From NCBI GenBank assembly GCA_964590575.1, contig CAZPWM010000007.1, positions 1 to 56,048 on the forward strand: DNA of 56,048 nucleotides, read 5' to 3'. The translations under genes were made by a program, and so were the position numbers. The notes beneath the pieces are model-generated. The model was not told the DNA's origin. It did no database searches and saw only the letters and a list, made by a program, of their open reading frames with translations. Below, piece after piece: positions 28,421 through 36,548 of the stretch. Every line of letters starts with the position of its first letter. Positions within the stretch are counted from its first letter, which is position 1. Origin of the DNA: an uncultured archaeon. Its GTDB lineage: Archaea; Asgardarchaeota; Thorarchaeia; Thorarchaeales; Thorarchaeaceae.

Positions 28421-29464
28421 TTGAGAGGATTAATGAAGACCGCCCGTGGTGTTGGCAACCTAGAACTTCGAGAACTTGAAATACCTAAACCCAAAAGGGA
28501 TGAGGTCCTGATCGAAGTAGCAGCTGCCGGTCTCTGCGGTACGGATATTCATATCAAACATGATCAAGCATTCTATACCCCTCCAGTAGTTCTGGGTCAT
28601 GAATATTCAGGAACTGTCGTTGAGATTGGGTCAGAAGTAACTTCTGTAAAAGTAGGAGATCCGGTTGTATCTCCTGCGACAGCTTACTGTGGTAAATGTT
28701 ATCAATGTAAAACTGGCCACATGAATCGCTGTACTGCTGAGGACAAGAGAATTCTTGGCACATCACGAGCTAACGGTGCCTTCGCAAAATACTTAGTTGT
28801 CCCAGACTACATCGTTCACAAAGTCCCAAAAGGAGTATCTATGGAAGAAGCTGCTCTTGCTGAGCCTCTGGCTTGTGTAGTCCATTCTGTGATTGATACG
28901 ACACCGATTTGTCCCGGTGATGTGGTAGTGATTCAAGGTCCTGGTACCATGGGTTTGATGGCAACGCAAGTAGCTAAAGCAATGGGGGCAGGAAAGGTCA
29001 TAGTGACTGGTGTATCCTCAGATCAATGGCGGTTTGACATAGCAAAGAGGATTGGAGCTGATATAACCATCGATGTTCAAGGTGACGAGAATCCAATTGA
29101 TATAGTGAAAGCTGAAACTGATGGTCGTGGGGCTGATGCTGTCATCGAAGCATCAGGTGCTTGCGTAGCTTGCACACAATCTTTTGACTTCGTGAAGGTT
29201 GCTGGTCATGTGACACTACTTAGTATCCGTGGACGTCCTGCAGACATAGATCTTGATCCCATCGTCATTAAGGAGCTAACAATGTCCGGGACTTGGGGAA
29301 CCCTTCCTTCCACTTGGGTCACGACTCTTCGACTCATGTCTTCACGTAAGGTGGATGTCTCTCCACTTATCACACATCGAATTTCTCTCTCAGAATGGGA
29401 AAAGGGTTTTGAACTGATGGAAGGCCAAAAAGCAATCAAAGTCCTTTTCACTAAATTCGAGTAA
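28421..29464 (+). CDS. Zn-dependent dehydrogenase (sorbitol/threonine/butanediol dehydrogenase-like MDR)
   Basis: GLCGTDIH, LGHEYSG, CGKCYQC...C, EPLAC and GPGTMG motifs. Confidence 0.9.
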   Translation: MRGLMKTARGVGNLELRELEIPKPKRDEVLIEVAAAGLCGTDIHIKHDQAFYTPPVVLGHEYSGTVVEIGSEVTSVKVGDPVVSPATAYCGKCYQCKTGHMNRCTAEDKRILGTSRANGAFAKYLVVPDYIVHKVPKGVSMEEAALAEPLACVVHSVIDTTPICPGDVVVIQGPGTMGLMATQVAKAMGAGKVIVTGVSSDQWRFDIAKRIGADITIDVQGDENPIDIVKAETDGRGADAVIEASGACVACTQSFDFVKVAGHVTLLSIRGRPADIDLDPIVIKELTMSGTWGTLPSTWVTTLRLMSSRKVDVSPLITHRISLSEWEKGFELMEGQKAIKVLFTKFE

Positions 29465-29492
29465 CAATCGAAATTCCTACGCACACGAGAGT

Positions 29493-29843
29493 TCACTTTG
29501 TCCTAGGCGCCCAAGCATCTAGACAGTCTTGAACCGTGGCGATGTGTGATGCTGCTGGACCTCCGCCCATGACAATCGCTACTGAGCAGGCTTCCATGAT
29601 CTCCTCTCTTGTTGCTCCAAGCGTAAGAGCTTGTTTTGTGTGGTAAACCATGCAATCCTCACATGGCGAGAGAATCGAAGCCACGATACAGATTATCTCT
29701 TTGAACTTGGCTGATAGAGCACCATCTTTGTGCACTGTTTTCTGAAGGTCAGTGAATGCATTTCTTGCATCAGGAATATCTCGGTTAAGTGCACCAAAAT
29801 GCTTCATGAAGCTTTTCAACGTCTTTTCAACATCATCAGTCAT
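29493..29843 (-). CDS. AhpD/carboxymuconolactone decarboxylase family protein with CxxC
   Basis: GALSAKFKE...PCEDCMVYH...GATREEI; likely start MTDD at 29843, 17 nt after the lplA stop. Confidence 0.85.
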   Translation of the reverse strand: MTDDVEKTLKSFMKHFGALNRDIPDARNAFTDLQKTVHKDGALSAKFKEIICIVASILSPCEDCMVYHTKQALTLGATREEIMEACSVAIVMGGGPAASHIATVQDCLDAWAPRTK

Positions 29844-29860
29844 TGGACCATTCCTCAGAT

Positions 29861-30655
29861 TCACTGGGCTGCAGTACCCAGATTCCACTCGGACTGGGAA
29901 TAGCGGCTCTGATATAAAGCCTGTGCAGTGTCTTTCTCTTCCTCTGATAGAGACTCTTTATGGACCGCCTGTCCAGAGATAATCTTGATACTTTGTGCTA
30001 TTGCATGCTTGATTGCTTCATTTGAGGGACATTTTTTGACTTGGTCTGCAATATTCGTTACATTGTCACGTTTGCTTTCCATGCAACGGACTCTAGTCCT
30101 GTCGCGGAGAAAAACTGTTTGTCTTTCTGGTGGTGATAAGCTTTGACGAAGCATTGAGAGATCGGATTTAATCAGCAATGTTCCATGAAGAAAAGCAACA
30201 CCTCTCTTGAGCCAACCTGCGGTCCCTGTAATCTTCAGGTCATTAATCCTGATACAGGAAAGAACAGGATCATACATTGAAGGAACATTAAGTGATTGCA
30301 AAGCAGTTGATACATTACCAATGAACAATTCGTAAATTTCCTTCAAAGTCTGTGGAACATACTTATCACTACGATCTGCGCAGATTGAAAAATTTAGGTT
30401 TCCAGGATCATGATACACTGCCCCGCCTCCAGTAAACCGTCGAGCTATTGCAATTTGCATGTTTTTACAATAAGACAGATTCACCTCTTTGTGTACACAT
30501 TGGAATCTGCCAATAACCACTGCTCTATCGGAACGCCAGAAACGAAGGGTGCTTATCTTGTCCTCTTGATTTGATGTGCATCTAGCAATGGCTTCATCAA
30601 CTGCAAGATTCTGATAGATATCCATTCTATCCTCCTCAATAAGCCGCCAAGTCAT
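29861..30655 (-). CDS. lplA: Lipoate-protein ligase A (catalytic domain only)
   Basis: NLAVDE, VVIGRFQ, RRFTGGGAVYHDPGNL, KITG, HGTLL and WN motifs. Confidence 0.88.
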   Translation of the reverse strand: MTWRLIEEDRMDIYQNLAVDEAIARCTSNQEDKISTLRFWRSDRAVVIGRFQCVHKEVNLSYCKNMQIAIARRFTGGGAVYHDPGNLNFSICADRSDKYVPQTLKEIYELFIGNVSTALQSLNVPSMYDPVLSCIRINDLKITGTAGWLKRGVAFLHGTLLIKSDLSMLRQSLSPPERQTVFLRDRTRVRCMESKRDNVTNIADQVKKCPSNEAIKHAIAQSIKIISGQAVHKESLSEEEKDTAQALYQSRYSQSEWNLGTAAQ

Positions 30656-30740
30656 TCGAAGTTCACTCGATTATTCTATTTCATCTGCTTCTTACGTATT
30701 CTCCTGATTAGGTTGTTGTCTTGTCAAATTAAGTAGGTTA

Positions 30741-30858
30741 GCCGATGGCCAAAGTAAGTTGCTCACCATCGGCAGGAGGCCTCAGAGCAACGATTGAGGC
30801 AGAGCAGATGTCGTATTCGAGGCTGACACGAACACTCGTGTCGACATTTGGTCTGCTC
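30741..30858 (-). ncRNA. Candidate structured RNA (multi-hairpin with loop-loop pseudoknot) in the lplA leader
   Basis: Stems GCCGATGG/CCATCGGC, GCCTCA/TGAGGC, GACACGA/TCGTGTC, ATGTC/GACAT and GAGCAGA/TCTGCTC; complementary loops GTTGCTC and GAGCAAC; TTATAT on the minus strand at about 30865-30870. Strand is inferred. Confidence 0.55.
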
Positions 30859-30897
30859 CTTAGAATATAAGGTCCCCCAGATATTTAGTGTCGAAAC

Positions 30898-31221
30898 TTA
30901 CGACATAATCTGGCCACATTCGTGACAGGTCAAAGCGCCTGGTCTTAGTTGCGAACCACAGTAGGGACAGCTTCTTCTTTCCGGTTGTAATTGTGGCGTC
31001 TGGTGAGCCCCCAGCACAAATCTTCCTGAGTTGTTAATATTCCGTAGACCAGTTTGGTCTACATAGAACTCTGTATATCCACAATCAGCGCATGTGAAAG
31101 ATTCCAGTGTTGCAGTTGAAAATCCTGGAAGGTCAACCCTTACCCAATGTTCACCTGCAATCCTATGAGGTCCAGCTATTCTGCTACCTCCGCATTTGGG
31201 ACACGTTTGTGTATGAATCAT
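30898..31221 (-). CDS. Double zinc-ribbon protein
   Basis: CPKCG...CADCGYTEFY and CPYCG...CHECG; likely start MIHTQ at 31221. Confidence 0.78.
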   Translation of the reverse strand: MIHTQTCPKCGGSRIAGPHRIAGEHWVRVDLPGFSTATLESFTCADCGYTEFYVDQTGLRNINNSGRFVLGAHQTPQLQPERRSCPYCGSQLRPGALTCHECGQIMS

Positions 31222-31317
31222 CTCACCATCATGTGAGATTTTGTTTAAAGACTGATAATGTTTGGCATCTCCGATGATACATGGAAGGGACTCTAGAATC
31301 ACGATGAACAAGAAGTT

Positions 31318-32562
31318 CTAAATTTTCATCATAAATGGGTTTTCAAGGGTTTTCTTCAACGCTGCTAGGAATTGCCCCGCTGGAGCACCATCAAGTACTC
31401 TATGGTCAACTGCACAACTGGCCATCATCATTGATCGTATAGCAATCGAATCATCAATGACAACCGGTTTCTTCTTGATTTGCCCAAGAGCGAGGATTGC
31501 AGTTTCAGGGGGATTGATGACTGGAATGAATAAGTCAACATTGAATGGACCGAGATTTGACACAGTGAATGTGCTTCCTGTGAGCTCTTCTGGTTTTAGT
31601 TCGTTCTCCTTAGCCCTCTTTCCGAAATCTTTAGTTTCTATGGCAATCTCGGTAATAGACTTCTTGTTTGCATCTCTGACAGTTGGGACAATGAGACCAT
31701 CATCTGTTGCCATCGCTACACCGATATTCACCTCATCGAATATCACCAAATCGTTACCAACAAGTGTAGCGTTGAACTTTGGAAATCTGTCGAGCGTGTC
31801 AGCTACTGCTTTCACGATAATGTCGTTGAAGGAAATCCTGATACCATGTTTCTTCTCAACACGTTCATTGATTTCCTTACGCAACTCCACGACCTCTGAC
31901 ATATCAATCTCAGTAATCATGGTGATATGTGGGTTCTGTGAGCTCTGAGTCATCCTTCGTGCAATGGTTCTCCTTAGATGAGGCATAGGAGCAACCTGTC
32001 TGATCTTTCGCTCATCTGAAACCGTTGCCTGCGGAACAGTCTGTGCAGTGAGAATATCCTTCTCCACAATCCTACCACCAGGACCAGTACCGACAAGGAG
32101 GGCTAGATCGATATCCATCTCTTTCGCTTTCTTCTTAGCTCGAGGAGATGCCTTGATCTTTCCACCCGGTAGCCTAGTTTCGACAGGAGGTGTTGTTACA
32201 CGTGTCACTGTCCTTTTCTCCGGAGTGGTTGCAACAGGAGTAGGGGTCGATACAACAGGAGTGGCTGCTGCACCTTTGTTCAACTTCTTCGGCATGACAT
32301 CAGGAACTTTCTCTCCCTTCTTCCCAATGTACGCAATAGGCTCACTGATGGGGATTTCATCGTCTACATCGCAGAGTATCTTGAGTAAAATTCCATCTGC
32401 AGGTGATTCCAACTCGAACTCGTTCTTCTCACCGAAGATTTCGACGATTAGGTCACCCTGCTTTACAGTGTCACCCTCTTTCTTCAACCACTTGAGTATC
32501 ACGCCATATTCCATGGCTACACTCATGCGCTGCATGATCATAGTTGTGACCAATGACTTCAC
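31318..32562 (-). CDS. pdhC: 2-oxoacid/acetoin dehydrogenase E2, dihydrolipoamide acyltransferase
   Basis: Lipoyl domain (EIFGEK), E3-binding ASPRA...GTGPGGRI, catalytic DHRVLDG. Substrate not determined. Confidence 0.9.
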   Translation of the reverse strand: MKSLVTTMIMQRMSVAMEYGVILKWLKKEGDTVKQGDLIVEIFGEKNEFELESPADGILLKILCDVDDEIPISEPIAYIGKKGEKVPDVMPKKLNKGAAATPVVSTPTPVATTPEKRTVTRVTTPPVETRLPGGKIKASPRAKKKAKEMDIDLALLVGTGPGGRIVEKDILTAQTVPQATVSDERKIRQVAPMPHLRRTIARRMTQSSQNPHITMITEIDMSEVVELRKEINERVEKKHGIRISFNDIIVKAVADTLDRFPKFNATLVGNDLVIFDEVNIGVAMATDDGLIVPTVRDANKKSITEIAIETKDFGKRAKENELKPEELTGSTFTVSNLGPFNVDLFIPVINPPETAILALGQIKKKPVVIDDSIAIRSMMMASCAVDHRVLDGAPAGQFLAALKKTLENPFMMKI

Positions 32563-33537
32563 CTACACGATATCACGGATAGCTTTGGCTATTCGCTTGT
32601 TATCCGGAATGAAATATTGTTCAAGTGGTGGACTGAATGGGACTGGTGTGTCCGGAGCATTAACCCTCTTTATGGGGGCATCTAACCAGTCGAAAGCCTC
32701 TTCTTGAACGATTGCTGCAATCTCTGCAGTTGTCGCTCCAGTCTTGGTTTCTTCAGTCACGAGCACTAGTCTCCCAGTCTTCTTGACAGACTCAATCAGT
32801 GTCTTTGTGTCTAGTGGCGCAAGTGTCCGTGGATCGATGACCTCCACACTGATGCCATCTTTCTCTAATTCATCTGCCACTTCTAGGGCTTTGTGAAGCA
32901 TGAAGAATGTTCCCCAGACTGTGACATCTGCTCCCTCTCTTCGTACCTTTGCCTGACCGAATGGGATTGTGTAGTCCTCATCAGGAACTTCTTCCTTCTT
33001 ATCGTAGACTAGTTTGTGCTCAAAGAACATCACTGGGTCAGGGTCTCTAATTGCTGTCTTGATGAGCCCTTTGACATCATAAGCGAATGCAGGAACCGCA
33101 ATCTTGAGACCCGGCGTGTGCATGAACCATGACTCCAAGCTTTGAGAGTGATGGGATGCTATGTTCTTACCTCCACCAAACACACTTCGAAGTACAAGTG
33201 GAACTGAGGTCTGTCCCCCAAACATGTAGTGCATCTTAGCTGCTTGATTACAGACCTGGTCCATTGCGAGAGTGATAAGATCTCCAAACATTATCTCTGC
33301 TACAGGAATCAGTCCAGTAATCGCAGCACCAACAGCTGCTCCAGCTATGGTATTTTCAGAGATTGGAGTGTCCCTAACTCTGGCTTCTCCAAATTCTTCA
33401 GCCAATCCCTTTGTGACCTTGAAGGCTCCACCCCAGTTGAGACCCACGTCTTCACCCATTATGAACACACGTTCATCGCGAAGCATCTCCTCCCGAAGAC
33501 CTGCTTTGAGAGCGTCTCTATATGTTATCTCTGTCAT
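32563..33537 (-). CDS. pdhB: 2-oxoacid/acetoin dehydrogenase E1 beta
   Basis: GEDVG, DTPISE, AEIMF, HSQS and FFEHK motifs. Confidence 0.92.
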   Translation of the reverse strand: MTEITYRDALKAGLREEMLRDERVFIMGEDVGLNWGGAFKVTKGLAEEFGEARVRDTPISENTIAGAAVGAAITGLIPVAEIMFGDLITLAMDQVCNQAAKMHYMFGGQTSVPLVLRSVFGGGKNIASHHSQSLESWFMHTPGLKIAVPAFAYDVKGLIKTAIRDPDPVMFFEHKLVYDKKEEVPDEDYTIPFGQAKVRREGADVTVWGTFFMLHKALEVADELEKDGISVEVIDPRTLAPLDTKTLIESVKKTGRLVLVTEETKTGATTAEIAAIVQEEAFDWLDAPIKRVNAPDTPVPFSPPLEQYFIPDNKRIAKAIRDIV

Positions 33538-34512
33538 TTAGGACACCTCCGCAAAGACATCGTCAAGAGTTTCCTCTGGTGTTGGATACTCCGACTTCTT
33601 GGCAAACTCGCCGGCTTTATCAACATCCTTTGTAATCTTCTCATCGATCTTCTCAGCTTCTTTCTCAGTCAGCGCACCCTGCTCGATAGCAATTTCTCTG
33701 ATGATTCGAACTGCGTCTCGTTCTTCACTCAACCAGCGTTTTGCTTCATCTTCAGGTCGATACTTTGCAGGGTCGAATCGTGAGTGACCATGCATTCTGT
33801 AGGTCTGACATTCTATCAATGTCGGCCCTTCCCCCGCTCTGGCACGTTTTACAGCTTCTACAGTGGCTTCATAGACTTCGAGGGCATTGTTACCATCTAC
33901 TACAACATTTGGGATGCAATATCCATCTGCTCTCTGTGCAATTGTTGCGCTAGGGCACATCATCTTGATAGGTGTTCCCATGGCATACAAGTTATTCTCG
34001 ACAATCCAGACAACAGGAAGCTTCCAGATTGCAGACATATTGAGGGACTCACCAAAAGTGCCATTGTTTGATGCGCCATCTCCGAAGAAGCATGCAACTA
34101 CATCTTTTGTACCCCTCATTTGACAGGAAAGTGCTGCTCCGACCGCAATCGGAAGGCCAGATGCTACAACTCCTGTAGCACCAAGCACTCCAACATCGAA
34201 TTGCGTAATGTGCATAGAGCCTCCCTTTCCTTTGCAGGACCCACTGGCTTTACCAAGCAACTCAGCTAGGGCTGCGTTCATATCCGCACCTTTCGCTATC
34301 ACGTGTCCATGACCTCTATGCGTACTCTGAATCCAGTCAGACTTCTCTAGGGCTGTAGTCACACCAGCGGCAACAGCTTCCTGACCTAGATACAGGTGAA
34401 GTGTACCTGGTACAAGATTTTCGCCAAATAGTGAGAATACCTTTTCTTCGAACCTGCGCACCTTTAGCGTTCTTGTGTAGAGCTCCTTTAGCGCCTTCTT
34501 ATCAACTGCCAT
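33538..34512 (-). CDS. pdhA: 2-oxoacid/acetoin dehydrogenase E1 alpha (TPP)
   Basis: HLYLGQEA, THRGHGH, GKGGSMH, FFGDGA...ENN and TYRMHGHS motifs; likely start MAVDK at 34512. Confidence 0.92.
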   Translation of the reverse strand: MAVDKKALKELYTRTLKVRRFEEKVFSLFGENLVPGTLHLYLGQEAVAAGVTTALEKSDWIQSTHRGHGHVIAKGADMNAALAELLGKASGSCKGKGGSMHITQFDVGVLGATGVVASGLPIAVGAALSCQMRGTKDVVACFFGDGASNNGTFGESLNMSAIWKLPVVWIVENNLYAMGTPIKMMCPSATIAQRADGYCIPNVVVDGNNALEVYEATVEAVKRARAGEGPTLIECQTYRMHGHSRFDPAKYRPEDEAKRWLSEERDAVRIIREIAIEQGALTEKEAEKIDEKITKDVDKAGEFAKKSEYPTPEETLDDVFAEVS

Positions 34513-34860
34513 AGTATCATTCAACAACCTTGTCTTTCTGAGAGCCTCAGAGCGCCACCTCGAATCTTGTCTGATAAAGGCTTCGAAGTGACAGATGTAA
34601 TACTCAGGTAGGATATTTAGTAGACATTTCATTATGAAATATCTCGATTTCATGGTGTATTTTGATACACATTAATGTAAATAATAGAGTTGTATATTCG
34701 AAGGTTGTAGGGATGTGGAGAAATATAGGTTGCGCTATGAATGACGATCTGAAAGGATTCGACTAGCTCCTCGTCCCTACTTCCTTCTGTTTCTCCAAGA
34801 ATCTCTTTTCCCCAAGAGTTCTTATTGCGGTTTGGCTAGTCAAAAATCATATTTTCGGAG

Positions 34861-35271
34861 ATGTCTTGGATGAGTCGTGTGGGAGTCAAAGCCCTTCTAA
34901 CCTCGGGACGTACCCTTAAACAGGGACGTGCTATGGAGTTGGGTAAGCTTGGTCCTGAATATCTCAAGGAAGTTGGTATCTGCGAGATGGATGAAGTTAC
35001 CCTCAAAGCCTTAGGATTGAGCGAAGGTGACCCTGTTTGTGTTGAAACCATACATGGCAGCGTTGTTGTAGTATGTAAGCTTGACCGCAGAGCTGAACCT
35101 GGTGTGGTGTTCATACCATGTGGTCCCTATGCAAATGCAGTGACTGGATCAGATACGGAGGGAACTGGTATGCCTGATTTCAAGGGTGCATCTGCGCAAC
35201 TCTTTGCAGCGAAGGGCGAAAAAGTGCCCGATGTTAGGGAGTTATTGAAACAGATTGTGGAGGGAGCATAA
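34861..35271 (+). CDS. fwdD: Formylmethanofuran dehydrogenase subunit D
   Basis: SGRTLKQG, FIPCGPYAN and GTGMPDFKG motifs. Confidence 0.9.
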   Translation: MSWMSRVGVKALLTSGRTLKQGRAMELGKLGPEYLKEVGICEMDEVTLKALGLSEGDPVCVETIHGSVVVVCKLDRRAEPGVVFIPCGPYANAVTGSDTEGTGMPDFKGASAQLFAAKGEKVPDVRELLKQIVEGA

Positions 35272-36548
35272 TGACTGAAAATTCTGGTATGAAAGAGAAT
35301 ATCATTTGTCCCTTCTGTGGATGCCTGTGTGATGACATTGCACTTAGTGTAGAAGGTAATCAGATTACTGAGAACAAGAATGGTTGTTCCATTAGTCAGG
35401 CTAAATTTCTGAATCATCACGATGATCGGCTTGCCATGGACTCGTCTCTTGAGGACTTGGTCAAGAAAGCTGCTGAGATTATAGTCAATTCCAAGCGACT
35501 GCTAGTCTACGGTCTAAGTTCAACAGAAAACGATGCTCATCGAGAAGCCTACAAGATTGCTGAGGAAGTAGGTGGTGTAGTTGACAACACATCATCAGTT
35601 TGTCATGGTCCGACAATATTGGGCTCACAAGAGTCTGGTGAGCCAATTGCTGCTCTGGCTGAAACACGTCATAGAGCTGACCTAATCATCTATTGGGGGT
35701 CAAACCCTCAATTCGCCCATCCCCGGCATATGAGCCGTTTTACTAGGGCTAATGGGCTCTACATCAAAGACGGAAAGAAAGACCGCAAACTATGGGTGGT
35801 TGATGTCAGGAAGACCATCAGCGCAGGTGTAGCTGATAAATTTGTCAAGATTGCTCCTGGTTCTGATTTGGAAGTTATTTCTGCACTTCGTGCAATAGCG
35901 CGTGGCAAGATTCTAGAAGTGGTTGAAGTTGGAGGACTTTCCATTGAAGAACTCACTGAAATGGTAGAAACAATGAAGACTGCGAAATATGGAGTTCTCT
36001 TCTTCGGTCTAGGTTTGACACAGTCCAAGGGTCGCCATAGGAACATAGATGCTGCAATTAGGTTGATTCAGGACATGAACCACTACACTAAATGGAGCAT
36101 GATGCCCATGCGCGGACATTACAACGTTGCTGGCGCAAACAAGACATCAACGTGGCAGACTGGCTATCCATATGCTGTAGACTATGCTCGTGGCTACCCC
36201 CGGTATCAACCAGGTGAATACACTGCAGTTGATCTACTTGTGAGGGATGAGGCCGATGCTGTTCTCAACATTGCAGCTGATCCAGCTGCTCATTTTCCAA
36301 GGGAAGCAGTGAAGCACCTTGCTAGTGTTCCAGTTATCAATCTGGACCCCAAACGTAACATGACATCGCTACTTGCCAAGGTCAACATTCAGACAGCTAT
36401 CGCTGGCATCGAGTGTGATGGCGCAGCGACGCGAATGGATGGACTCCCGTTATATCTCAAGAAAGTGGTTGACCCTCCAGAGGGTATACTTCCAGACAGA
36501 GATGTCTTGAGAATGATATACAATGAAGTAAGGAGGCTGAAGAAATGA
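35271..36548 (+). CDS. fwdB: Formylmethanofuran dehydrogenase subunit B (Mo/W-pterin)
   Basis: CPFCGCLCDD, SSVCHGP, HPRHMSR and MRGHYNVAG motifs. Confidence 0.93.
   Translation: MTENSGMKENIICPFCGCLCDDIALSVEGNQITENKNGCSISQAKFLNHHDDRLAMDSSLEDLVKKAAEIIVNSKRLLVYGLSSTENDAHREAYKIAEEVGGVVDNTSSVCHGPTILGSQESGEPIAALAETRHRADLIIYWGSNPQFAHPRHMSRFTRANGLYIKDGKKDRKLWVVDVRKTISAGVADKFVKIAPGSDLEVISALRAIARGKILEVVEVGGLSIEELTEMVETMKTAKYGVLFFGLGLTQSKGRHRNIDAAIRLIQDMNHYTKWSMMPMRGHYNVAGANKTSTWQTGYPYAVDYARGYPRYQPGEYTAVDLLVRDEADAVLNIAADPAAHFPREAVKHLASVPVINLDPKRNMTSLLAKVNIQTAIAGIECDGAATRMDGLPLYLKKVVDPPEGILPDRDVLRMIYNEVRRLKK

Noticed and set aside
30782-30784. TGA of the 21-codon leader ORF as Sec, with the hairpins as SECIS
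   Set aside because: The read-through product has no redox motif and stops before lplA, and no clear SECIS core is visible.
30745-30870. 41-codon + strand ORF (MAKVSCSPS...) across the structured region
   Set aside because: No recognisable protein features; the dense base-pairing is better explained by RNA structure.
31457-34123. Long antisense ORFs over the E1/E2 genes (also over por and the beta-solenoid gene)
   Set aside because: Typical shadow frames of well-conserved genes, with no motifs of their own.
35590-35615. Selenocysteine in FwdB
   Set aside because: The metal-ligand position is TGT (SSVCHGP); there is no in-frame TGA.
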